Origin: Eledone cirrhosa
Lineage: Eukaryota
Direction: 5' to 3'
Assembly: GCA_964016885.1 (NCBI GenBank)
Contig: OZ024742.1
Coordinates: forward strand, 87,296,001 to 87,360,000
Length of the DNA stretch: 64,000 nt
Under the pieces are notes generated by a model. The model searched no databases and was not told the DNA's origin. It was given only the letters and a program-made list of their open reading frames with translations. Below, in pieces: positions 1 through 11,419 of the stretch. The translations under genes and the position numbers were made by a program. Within the stretch, counting starts at the first letter, position 1. Each line of letters opens with the position of its first letter.

Positions 1-492
1 TATCGTTTTTTTTATCAGCCATCATGCTTGCTTTACTACTTCGAATAAAGTGATTTTCAAAAATAATGTTCTGTGACATGAGCAGATAGTTTGGTAGTGT
101 TTGCATTATTTCTTGATTTGTTGGTTGACTTGTTGTTGTTGCCGGTATTTTTGTTGTTGCTATTTTTTGTTTATTTCATTGTTATTGCCACTTTCGATGC
201 CATCACTTCTGGATTTTTTTGTATTTCCTTCAACTTTTATTACTGTTGTTTTCATTGCTTTTGTCGTCGTTGCTGTTGGTATTGTTATTCATATTGCATA
301 TGTTTTCATTATCATGTTGACTGATCAAAACCGTATTATTGAAAATAGTATGATTTTGTCTTTCTTATAAATCTCGCTCCATTATACATGCGCTGTCTTC
401 CTCATTTTTAGTTACAAATTGTGACATCGACTCTCTCACTATATAAGACACGTTGTGTTCTCCACGCTCTGTGTGTGAATTCATATTTATAG

Positions 493-592
493 CTTTTAAA
501 ATTCTTCAAAGTAGACAACATGAACCAAGCTGACACTTCATCTGGAGAAGGGATGTCGTATCAATACTACTGGAGACATATGCGAGAGGCCG
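493..592 (+). CDS. Candidate host-gene coding exon (phase 0 to phase 1), LLKFFKVDNMNQADTSSGEGMSYQYYWRHMREA
   Basis: Acceptor tttatag|, donor G|gtcagt. 100 nt with only one open frame. Ending phase 1 matches the start phase of the Sushi exon at 19144 (G+AT=Asp). No homology recognised. Confidence 0.4.
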
Positions 593-734
593 GTCAGTTG
601 CACCAACATTTGCCAACTTTAAAACTCGAACAAATGATTAGAGGCGGTCAAATTAACAACAACAATATACAAATCTGGCTATAATTAACGAATAAATAAT
701 AATAAAAATAATACATAATAATAACTGTGTCCTA

Positions 735-890
735 TTGAGTTTCAGTAATTGATATTATTTAACTGGAAAGGGTGTTGCTACCTGCAGTCTCAGATATTCA
801 GGAAGTATCGGAGGGACTTGTGGTTCCCAGCAAGCATGACTTTTCAAGTGTTCCAAAATGCGGGGCTGAACTAATCTTCTTTAACCATCA
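735..890 (-). mobile_element. Degenerate 3' end of R4/Dong-type family B
   Basis: Resembles the 3' UTR and C-terminus of the 40431-43823 element (aactggaaag...ctacctgcag.ctcagatattcagga). Confidence 0.7.
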
Positions 891-911
891 TTTATTATTA
901 TTATTATTATT

Positions 912-1359
912 ATGTGGACCAGGTTGAAAGGACTAAAGACAGACACTTTTCTCTTCGGCCAATCCCTCATCAACTTCTTCAAGTTTCACCTGAAAATGAG
1001 CGTGAGGGTGGAGAGAGAGGTGCTGCTCCCCAGTACATTTGCTAAAAGGTGGGTGAATGTGGCGCGAATGGCTCGTGAGAATGGGCCTACTCTGACCATG
1101 CGCCTATAGGCTAGCTAACTTGAGGAGAGGGGTGCTCTCGTGGGTGCCCTAGAAGCGTAGGGTCGTTCAGGATTGGTGGGGTACCCGAATCACCCCAGGG
1201 TGATTTTTTATATTTTGCATAGTTTATTTTATATTTTATATTTTCATTGTTAAATTAGTCTTGCCATTGTGCACTTTTACTCGACCTTATTGTAAACCCC
1301 CACTGTCCCTGTCTTTGTATTGTCCCCTACATGTCGGCCCTTGTGGATAATAAATGAAA

Positions 1360-1361
<2 letters not shown>
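912..1361 (+). mobile_element. 5'-truncated L1/Tx1-type non-LTR fragment (ORF2 C-terminus + 3' UTR)
   Basis: WTRLKGLKTDTFLFGQSLINFFKFHLK...RWV...ARENGPTL is homologous to the end of ORF 58594-59343. Ends aataaatgaaatca followed by (TTA)n. Confidence 0.75.

Positions 1362-1425
<64 letters not shown>
1362..1425. repeat. (TTA)n microsatellite shared tail-to-tail by Tx1-type and Dong family A elements
   Basis: Direct reading of the sequence. Confidence 0.95.
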
Positions 1426-1426
<1 letters not shown>

Positions 1427-4400
1427 AGTTGCATTTATCTTGCTTTATGTTCATACGAGTTATCACCAAGTCACAACCAGTGACCTCAAGAAACAACAAG
1501 GTCCGCCATGTTCAAGAAAGAACATACATACTCACACATGCATCATTAGGTGTTTAGACTTGTGATGTATTTATATGACAGAATATTCCTTAGTATATGG
1601 GCAGTTCCCATTAGTACTATCTTTTGAATTTCTCCTATACGCGGGTTTCCTCTGATTTGCGATAAGTAATCATTAGACCCCTTAGGTATCAGTCCTAGAG
1701 CGCCTACAACTACTGGTATTGTTTTAGTTCTCAATTCCACATTTTTCCAATTTCTATCTCCGGGTCCTTATACTTGCTCAACTTTTCAAATGTTTTTATA
1801 GATACATTCTTGTCTATTGGAACTGACATATCAATTAGCAGGCATATCCTCTTTTAAAAGTCCTTCAGTATTATATATGGTCTATTTGCATCTATGTTTC
1901 GGTCTGTTTGGATGCTAAAGTTCCACAAGATTGAGATGTGATCTTTTTCAAGTATGGGAGGTGGTTGATGCTCCCACCAATTCTTTTGATGGGGCAGGTC
2001 AAAAATGGTTACACATTGTCCAATGTATGTATTGTGCAGATCTGTCATGCCTGTTTAGGTATTCGGTTGGAGCTAAAGGACTTCATATCGAAATTATATG
2101 ATCAATGGTCTATGGTTGTTTTTTACATACACGGCATAATGGGCTGCATCCGTTTTTTATTATGTTGGCTTGGTAATTTTTTGTTGGCAGACACTGATAT
2201 TATGCCGATATAATCAGTCCTTCAGTCTCCGATTTCAGTCCAGAGGATGCCAACCACTGATGGGTTAAAGTTTTGTCAACATCAGGATTGTTAGCTCGTT
2301 CAGGGTATTTTCCATACTGAGGCTTTTCTTGCCATTTCTTGCCGTTTCTGTAGCAGTTCTTTCTTTGCAGTTACTGCCTGCTTTGATTTTTCTGTGTTTT
2401 CCATTTCAGCAGTAAATGGGACTTCTGAAATGTGTAGTCCATTACTGTATCTTTGTGCATCTTTTGTAATGGAGTATGATCTTTTGATGCTTTCGTGTTT
2501 CAAAACGAGTTTGATATGTAGATAATCCAAGTGTTGCAGTTTTCAACTAATATCTAAGTGGATTAACCCACGTCCTCCTTCTTTCCTAGGGAGATATATT
2601 CTATATGTATCTGCCTTAGGGTGATGCATTCTGTGCATATCGAGCCTACCGATCTCTGTGCTTGACCAGTTGATGACATTGTAACTGTACGTAACTACTG
2701 GTATGGCAAGCGTGTTTATGGCATCGATCCTATTCCTTGCATTCATTTCCGTTCTTAAGATTGCTCTTACTCTGCAGTAACATTCCTTCCATATTATTTC
2801 CTTCATTGTCGAATGCTTGATTCCGTCTCCTTCACAAACACCTAGATATTTGTAAGTTTCCTCTTGATCAAGTTCTCTTATCAAATTCCCCCGATCAAGA
2901 TTAATGTCTGAAATTTTCAGCAGCTTTCCTCTGGTGAACTTTGCTTTGGCGCATTTATCTAGTCCAAACTCCATTTTAATGTCTTCACTGAACTGCTCCA
3001 CAGTGGATAATAGCCCTTTCAATTGTTCATCACTTTTTGCAAATAGTTTCAGGTCATCCATGTAGAACAAGTGATAAATGGTTTTGTCATAGACTTTATA
3101 TCCATGTTTTGTTTCATTCAGCATTTTACTTAATGGTATAAGTGCGATGCAGAATAAAAGCGGTGATAAAGAGTCACCCTGAAAAATTCCACAATTAATA
3201 TTAACTTCTCCAGCTTCCAGTGATTTTGTTTCACTATTTAAAAAAGGAGTGTCGTTTTCCATGTCTTAATACTGAATGACAAAAACCTCCTGACAACGGG
3301 AGATATTTTGAAAATATCTAAACATTTTTCAATCCACCTGTGTGGCAAACTATCGAATGCTTTTTTATAATCTATCCAAGCAATCGATAGATTTTTATGT
3401 CTATTATGACAATCTTCCAGCATCATTTTGTTAACCAAAAGCTGATGCTTACAGCCATATGAGCCTCGTTTACACACTTCCTGCTCAATGAGAAATAGGT
3501 CATTTGTTATCAGATGGTCATATGTATATTCAGTTAGGACTGATGTTAACATTTTATACATTGTTGCCAAGCAAGTTATCGGTGTGTAATTTTTGGGATT
3601 GTTTGTCTCATCATTCTACGGAAGCAGGAATGTAATGCCATTAATTAGCCATGATGGTATCTTTTCTGGCTCCTTAACTATTTGATTGTAAAGTTGGGCT
3701 AACAGCTCATGAGACTCTGTGAAAGCATTTATCCGAAAATTTTGTATTTTGTCTTTTCCTGAGGATTTCATTTTGCTCGGTTTTCTAAGAGCCAAACGCA
3801 ACTGTTCAACTGTTATATTTTCCCAAAATTGTTCCTTAAGGTGACCTGTATCTTTCATTTATCTGTCTATCAATGGGGCATGTATATCATGAACGTTTTC
3901 TTCGTCCCAGATCTTTTCCTAGATTTCTTGCACTTCCTCCTTGGGTGGTATTGATTTATAGTTATTGTTGACTTACCAATTTTTCTGTAGAAGTTTCTTT
4001 TGTTGTGTTTAAACATATTATTGTCCTTATAGAATCTAGATCGTTTTTCAAAGCACCTTATACGAGCAGCTTTGGCCGACACTTTTTGCCTGATTATTTC
4101 TATCAGCATGTCTATGTCACTTGTTGATTTTATACTGTACTTTCTTTTCAATTTTCTAAGTTTAGTTTGTTTAACATGTTCACCTACTTTATAGTTTGTT
4201 AAATTGTCTATGTCAGATCGAAGAAGGTTTATTTGGCGATTGATGTTCTCTTGCCAAGTAGATTTCTTGTGGGAATTCAATTGTTTTTTCATTTTCGCTC
4301 CACATAAGTGAGTGGTGACTTTAGCCGATACATAATAGAGATGATTTAAATCAGTAATGTTTAGTTTGTTTGTGATGATAATGTTTTTGATAATTATGTT

Positions 4401-5335
4401 ACTCTTGTGTATTATCTTTTGGTTCTATTTGGAGTTCTGGATCTTAGAGAGGGTGTCGCATTCCCCCTTGTCAGATTCTTTCATTTTCATCCATTCGATC
4501 ATAATTTCATACTTCAAGTTGGCAAGTTCATTCTCATTCATTTCTTTATCATTTACGATCTCATTGTTTTCATTTGGAGTTTCATCTTGAGCATGCACTC
4601 CCTCCACTTTTTCGATCCTTTCTTTAATTTGTTCTGTTGTCAGTGATTCCGACCCAACCCTGGGATTCGAAGTGTTACAATTTACCTCATTTTCACTGAC
4701 ACATGTTTCATCTTCACTTCGCTGACTTTGTGCTAATAGCTTCATCTGATCAATTTCTATATCAGTTAGTAACATTTTGTTAACAATATTTCTTCGTATA
4801 TTGGCTAGTTTGTTACTGTCAATATAGCCTCTGTTTTCGGGATGTTTCTTTTTCCAGTTGATATATGTCTGTTCTGTATTCGACGTATTTGACGGGTAGT
4901 ATATAGCAGTGTAGAAAGCCTCAAGGACTTCTTTATTAACTTCCCTTGACCATGTTTCTCTCTTTTTCTTTGGATTTGCTGGTGGTGAGCATTGAGGGCC
5001 AACAGTAGGAGTATTCCGGTTATGGGAGGTCTCCAGCTCCGAAGTGATGGGAAGGTTTGAACCATTAGCTGATTTTTCGACCCCAGTCTGGTTCCTCTCT
5101 GAAGGACGCGGCCCTTTTTGACCCGGGTGACGGCCGATCTGGTATGAGATTTTATCATTAGACATTTACTTTATTTTCTCGCGTTTTATCATTATCCGCC
5201 AAGGGGTAATCATTTCGTGTTACCACTTCTAGGACGAATGTCAACCAAGACTAGATCGGTCGTCCTCCCCTAAAGACACGGCTATTCCCCGCCGGCCGCC
5301 ATCCCGGTATTTCTTGCTCACGGGGTTTTCTTTTT
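1426..5335 (-). mobile_element. Full-length but frameshifted R4/Dong-type retrotransposon, family A (5' UTR, N-terminus, RT, CCHC, RLE)
   Basis: ORF pieces 4425-5165, 3870-4292, 3616-3858, 3238-3570, 2543-3262 (GIFQGDSLSP, FYMDDLKL), 1854-2048 and 1546-1740 are colinear with intact family A ORF 44872-47508. GC-rich 5' UTR at 5166-5335. Confidence 0.9.
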
Positions 5336-5344
5336 TGTTGTTTT

Positions 5345-6140
5345 TTGTTATTGTAATCTATCCATCCCATGGCAAGACCAGTGTGTCTCCTCTTGCAATT
5401 CCTCATTACCATCTTATCAATAAGTAACTGGTCCTTTGTACCACGTGACTTATTTCGGCATCCTTTCTGTTCGTCCGGTAACAAGTTGTTTGTGTGGAGG
5501 TGATGGTAGATTTTCTCAGACATAATGCTTGTCAACAGTTTCCACATTACGGACAGACATGTGATAGGTCTATATTTGGTAACATCATTACCCTTGGTTC
5601 GGTCTTTCATTATCAGAACTGTGGTACCTTTTTGTCAACCACTCTGGTACCTCACCTGACATCAAGCAGTCATTGAACATGGTTGTCAGATTCGGGTGGA
5701 GGGATGTTATGTTTTTAATCCAATGCCCCTGCATACCATCTGGGCCAGGTGATTTCCAGTAGGTTAGTTTTGTGGCCTGCCCCTTAAGAGTTTCAACTGT
5801 GATACTCAAATCAGTTTGTTGGCGTGCCTGTTCACTGATCTCCTTCTGTACTGTCTCAATCCACACTGCCTGGTCATTATGTTTAACATCCTGCTCCCAT
5901 ATTCCCCTCCAGAATGTTTTAGTTTGTTCCGCCTCAGGGATCAAGTCGTTGCCTTTTTTTTCCCTTCAAGCTGTCCAAACAGCATATTCTGGTTGTTGTC
6001 GAAATGCGGTTCTGTTTATACTGACTGACTCTGTTCTCGTATCGCCTGATTTTTGCACTCTTTGCTACAATGGGTTGCTTCAGTTCCTCTATGATAATAT
6101 TTAGCTTTTTCCTCCTAGTTTTGTACTTTATTTCCAGTCT
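5345..6140 (-). mobile_element. Internal RT fragment of Dong family B (older subfamily B')
   Basis: [43 protein letters not shown]. Confidence 0.85.
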
Positions 6141-6141
6141 A

Positions 6142-6173
<32 letters not shown>

Positions 6174-6175
6174 CC

Positions 6176-6209
<34 letters not shown>

Positions 6210-6212
6210 GTT

Positions 6213-6485
6213 GTTGTTCTTAGAGTCTCAGTCATTGATGTTAGTTAACTGCAAAGTTTGTTGAAATGAATATCACGCCGCTACCTGCAGATTCATATAT
6301 TTAGGACGTATCGGAGTTTTCTTGTGTTCCCAGTAAGCATGCCTTTTAAAGTGTTCCAAAAAGCGAGTCTCGACTAATCTTCAACCATCCTTGGAAACTC
6401 TTTGAGATAGTTCCTAGTGCGCCTATGACAATCGAAACGAGCTTGATTTCATGGCAGTCCCAAATCTTGTTTAACTCCCACTTTA
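6213..6485 (-). mobile_element. 3' fragment of Dong family B
   Basis: Family B 3' UTR (gagtctcagtcattgatgttagttaact) directly after a (TTA)n tract. Confidence 0.8.
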
Positions 6486-6765
6486 AAGAACTGGATGTGG
6501 AGGATGACCACAAACACTATCCCTGTGGTAATAGCAGCATTGGGATTAATACCCGGGATAACAGACCTGAAGCTTAACGGCTTTACATGCAAGATCAGCA
6601 AATATGAGCTACAGAAGATCGTGCTATTAGTACCACGATAATTATCAGACGAGTTATCTCTTTACCATGGAAACTTGTATTGTCCTAGGTTCAAGGCCTG
6701 ATCCCGGCAATAGAAATGCAGAATTTATCTAAACGAAATAACACAACAATAATAATATTAATAAT
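6486..6765 (+). mobile_element. 3' end of a third RLE-type family (family C)
   Basis: Encodes MWRMTTNTIPVVIAALGLIP...YELQKIVLL (RLE C-terminus), has a distinct 3' UTR, and ends in aataataat. Confidence 0.65.
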
Positions 6766-6950
6766 TGTTTCTACTTTAGGCACAAGGCCAGCAATTATCC
6801 AGTGCATTACTGGTACTTTATTTTATCGACCCCGTAAGGATGAACGGCAAAGTCAACCTCGGCGGGATTTGAACTCAGTTCGTAAAGGGACGTAACTATG
6901 CTGGGAAGCATGGCGTCCGACCCTCTACCGATACTGCCAATCCACCGCCT
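6765..6950 (-). mobile_element. tRNA-derived SINE
   Basis: Minus strand: A-box TGGCAGTATCGG, B-box GAGTTCAAATCC, central TTCATCCTTACGGGGTCGATAAA domain. Further copies at 22958 and 38154. Confidence 0.85.
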
Positions 6951-7445
6951 TGGATAATAATATTAATAATAATTCATATAATCATGTTGGTTTTCATTTT
7001 TACATCAAATTGTAAATAAAGGCAGAGCAGTTAAAAAATCAATTGAATGACGAATCATAATTGCTGACAACTGAAAATGATGTGCACAGAATTTCTGACT
7101 GATAATTGTAGCGAAGTAGGATGCTGTCGGATTGTAGTTTCGTCGGGATATATTCGATTAAGAGGTTTCTTTATTGGAAATGAGTAGTTGCAGGTAATGA
7201 TATCTCTCGTGGATTAGACTATTTTGAAACGTCACAATCAATAATTTTTGACATAATCAGGTTAATACATGTTTAATATATATACATTAAATACTATTTA
7301 GTATAGTGTTATTATTTATTAGTCTGTATTTTCTGAGTGTATATAGATACAAACATGGGGCACAGGTACACATTTTCACACAAAGACGAAAAAACACACG
7401 CACGCTTATATATTTCTACATATTCTCATATATCTATACTTATCT

Positions 7446-7537
<92 letters not shown>

Positions 7538-7669
7538 AGTTAAACAAGATTCAATGAGTATATCAGAGAATGAGTTTTAGAGTAGATTGGAAGCATTCTA
7601 CGGTAAATAATTTTCCAGAGTTATTAATATTAAAATACAAATATTAATGAAATAGATATTCTTTTGATC

Positions 7670-7733
7670 AATTACATTTTATTATACATATTTCGGAGGT
7701 ACAACAGTACGTCCTCATCAGAAAAAATATAAT
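7670..7733 (-). ncRNA. Minimal type-I hammerhead ribozyme
   Basis: Minus strand CTGATGA GGACGTAC tgtt GTACCTCC GAAA TATGTA TA, followed by a stem I partner. Confidence 0.75.
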
Positions 7734-9155
7734 GATGCATGACATACCCTGAGATGTTAAATGGCTAAGATTTAATCAAGGTAGTGATTAACCTACTGGC
7801 CTTTAATATTGCATTATCTTATAACTATCTATAGAAGAAATAACGCTCGAATGAATGACATTTGTTCAATAACACGCCGGCACATTGATATACATAACGT
7901 AATATTATTAACTCTGACCCATACCATTATTTCTCTATCTTTATTTTCCTATCTGAGTTTTAAATTCTAGTTTAAATATCCAACCTTCATATTTTTACGA
8001 AAATTATATTTTACTGTGAATCTTTCATGTGTTTACATTTTCGATTACTTATTTATAATATGTATGTAATTATCTTTTGTAAGTTTTTTAAATATACCTA
8101 TCGTATTTTTATATCCATGATTCAAAGACAGAGCAAATAACAAAACTATAAATTATTATGGACCTTATATTGAACTCTGAATTATCCATGCATTTATTTT
8201 TATTTTTCTCATAGATATGTATGTTTTTAACTGTAACGGGCCGAAATCCTTTATATAAGATTATAATCGTCGTCATTTACCTAAAGTATACTGTAACACT
8301 AATACCTAATATTTATCTATATATAACTCCCTATATCTCTCTATACATAACCTTTAGATAACTTCTAAATTTCTAGATTATTATTTATTTTGAACTATGA
8401 ATAATTCATGCATTTACACCCTGTTATATATATATATGTATCTATTTAACTTTAGCATGCTTCAATCTATTACTTTATATTCGTTATCATTTACCTAAAA
8501 TATACTGGCTCACTGATATATATGTATATACATAATCGTTATTTACATATCTCTAACAATAAGTACTTCATAAGCTTTACATACTAAAAATGTTGACATT
8601 TTTATAGATTATCTTCGTTAAAGTTTACATTTAGGAAAATATTCAACAGTGTAAATTTTCCTTTCGCTGGCCAGGTAAATCCTTTAAATATTACCCTCAT
8701 AAAATTCAGAAGTTAGAAAGGTTAACACACTTATATAATTTATAAAACTAATAAATATAAATAACCAACAACTTTTAATAACAACCTTAAATCTTGATTC
8801 TTCAGCCTAAAATAACATACATTAAATATTGTAAAAGTTAACCATTTAGATTTTGGAAAAAATCTTTTTCTGCATATATAACCACCTTCATCTTTCCCTG
8901 TCTCTAAATCCCATCTCAGCGGCCCTCATTGACTGTTATAATTCATGATAAGATTTCCTAGATAAACATAACTTGTAGTATCCTACATTTTAAAATCTTT
9001 ATAGCTGTCACATTAACCAACGTTTTTTCTTACTCACACATTCTCTATTGAATTTACTATGTTTTCGCATTTTCTCATTATTAGGGTATACATGTTGAAT
9101 TTTCACTACCTTGATTAAATCTTAACCATTTAACATCTCAGGGTATGTTATGTAT

Positions 9156-9220
9156 AATTATATTTTGTCTGATGAGGATGTACTGTTGTACCTCCGAAAT
9201 ATGTATAATAAAATGTAATT
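9156..9220 (+). ncRNA. Minimal type-I hammerhead ribozyme
   Basis: AATTATATTTTGT CTGATGA GGATGTAC tgtt GTACCTCC GAAA TATGTA TA^ATAAAATGTAATT. 13-bp stem I with G.U pairs, intact core, predicted cleavage after 9207. Confidence 0.85.
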
Positions 9221-9257
9221 GATCAAAAGAACATCTATTTTATTAATATTTGTATTG

Positions 9258-9329
<72 letters not shown>

Positions 9330-9339
9330 TGTGTGTGTG

Positions 9340-9387
<48 letters not shown>

Positions 9388-9390
<3 letters not shown>

Positions 9391-10388
9391 TATGTATATG
9401 TACATACATATATGTATACATACGTACAGTAGTATGTATATATATACATACATGCACATATATATATATGTATATGTACATATGGATTTACCGAACATTT
9501 ATTATAATGCTCGGTGTGTTTGTAAACAAACATCCTGAATTAAGCCGTACAGTGTTTAGCAACCATCGTTGCCCTTTTGTTCAACAGTGACAAAGGAACC
9601 ATGTACCAGTTTCAAGCTTATTAGATATCGTTGCACCGTATACCTTCCTGCCAGATGATTGAACGTCTGAAAGTATATATTTTCCTCATGCATATTAACG
9701 CCTGAGCAGCCTAATTTGCATATCATGTGAGTTTTCGACCGGGCGCATTGAAAACGATAAACGGAAAAAATGAAACGAAATTTCATTTCTCACTATTAGT
9801 ACGGCTGTTACTTAAATATAAGTATGTATACGTACACATATATAAGTATACAGACGTAGAGTAGTTTTATATATATTCATACATGCACACATATATGTAT
9901 GTACGTATGGATTTATCGAACATTTATGATAATGCTCAGTGTGTTTGTAAACAAACATCCCGAATTAAGCGGAGCAGTGTTTAGCAACCATCGTTGCCCT
10001 TTTGTTCAACCATGACAAAGGAACGATGTACTAGATTCAAGCTTATTAGCTATCGTCAGCACCGTATACCTTCCTGCCAGATGATTAAACGTCTGAAAGT
10101 ATATACTTTCCTTATTCATATTAACGGCTGAGCAGCCTAATTTGCATATCAAGTGAGTTAATCGGCCGGGCACACCGAAAACGATAAACGGTGAAAATTA
10201 AATGATATTTCATTTCTCACTCTTAGTACGGCTAAATCTATACGTACATTTGTATGTGTGCATGTATGTACATATATACATACTACTGTACGTCTGTATG
10301 CATATATGTATGTACGTATACATACTTATATTTAAGTAACAGCCGTACTAAGAGTGAGAAATGAAATTTCGTTTCAGATTTTCCGCTT
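9388..10388 (-). mobile_element. Tandem ~425-nt non-coding hammerhead-bearing repeat (2 units plus an inverted partial copy), retrozyme/pLTR-like
   Basis: 9482-9810 is repeated at 9906-10234. 10241-10388 is an inverted copy of ~9757-9905. Hammerhead remnants in both units. Embedded in TA/CA-rich repeats. Confidence 0.75.
10023..10065 (-). ncRNA. Minimal hammerhead (one core substitution; sister copy 9598-9639)
   Basis: ACGGTG CTGACGA T AGCT aata AGCT T GAAT CTAG TA CATCGT. The sister copy retains GAAA, so the two-copy consensus has a full core with palindromic ACTAGT stem III. Confidence 0.65.
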
Positions 10389-11168
10389 ATACATTTATAC
10401 ATATATATATACATATATATATATATAAATACACACATACAAATATATATGTGTGTGTGTGTGTGTAGATAATCTGATGCTGAGAAAAGGGAGACAACTT
10501 ATCAAACGAGCACTCAATTGATGGAAATGTGCAGACTCTATGCAGTGAATTGTAACATTCCGACAGCAATGCACCTTTTTACATATCCGAACACACTAGT
10601 TATTGGAATAAAAAGAATTGGGTGGAGAAAGAGAGACATGTGAATAATTAAGAATGTTAAGGCAACGTAAAGGGTGAAAATTCAAGTCAGTGACACAAGT
10701 GAACATAAGATCTGGCGAATCTAACTTTATTTAGTTATTGCTCGCGCTGGCCCGAGATATATGTTCTTTAATGCGAAGACTTACTTATCCCATGCTAGCC
10801 AGAAGGCCACTGATGACGGATAGTCCTGGCTACTTACTCTATTTTTTAATTCATATGTATCACATCCGCAACAACGTAGCACGCCATTTGTTTATCCCTA
10901 TATGTTTTTCCCTCCGCTGTGCCTTGTATCTTTCTCTCCCCTTACTGCTATCCTCTTTCTCTCTCGCCCTTATCTCTCTTTGTACCTCTTACTTCCATTC
11001 ACCCCCTATGCTAGTCAACCTCTTTCGGCTAGCCTCTTCCTCACACTTTCACTCACTCACTCTCTGCTGCTCACCCTCTCTCACTCCAACACGCCTGATC
11101 TTTAATGTGAAGAAATAACTATGATGGCCAGAATATCATTGATGACGGGTAGTCGGGGCCTCTTACTC

Positions 11169-11263
<95 letters not shown>

Positions 11264-11271
11264 ATATATAT

Positions 11272-11401
<130 letters not shown>

Positions 11402-11419
11402 AGATAGATAAATATACAC

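Larger units (their letters stand above)
7634..9256. mobile_element. Non-autonomous Penelope-type element with ~154-bp inverted termini (7634-7787 / 9103-9256), each carrying a hammerhead
   Basis: Arms are reverse complements. AT-rich interior with a ~220-bp internal duplication. Lies between (TA)n tracts. Confidence 0.75.

Noticed and set aside
6765-6950. tRNA gene
   Set aside because: A/B boxes belong to a multi-copy SINE head with a non-tRNA body. No intact cloverleaf.
10765-11175. ~80-bp degenerate direct repeat containing CTGATGA
   Set aside because: No GAAA or stem III partner, so not callable as a hammerhead. May be a decayed pseudo-LTR.
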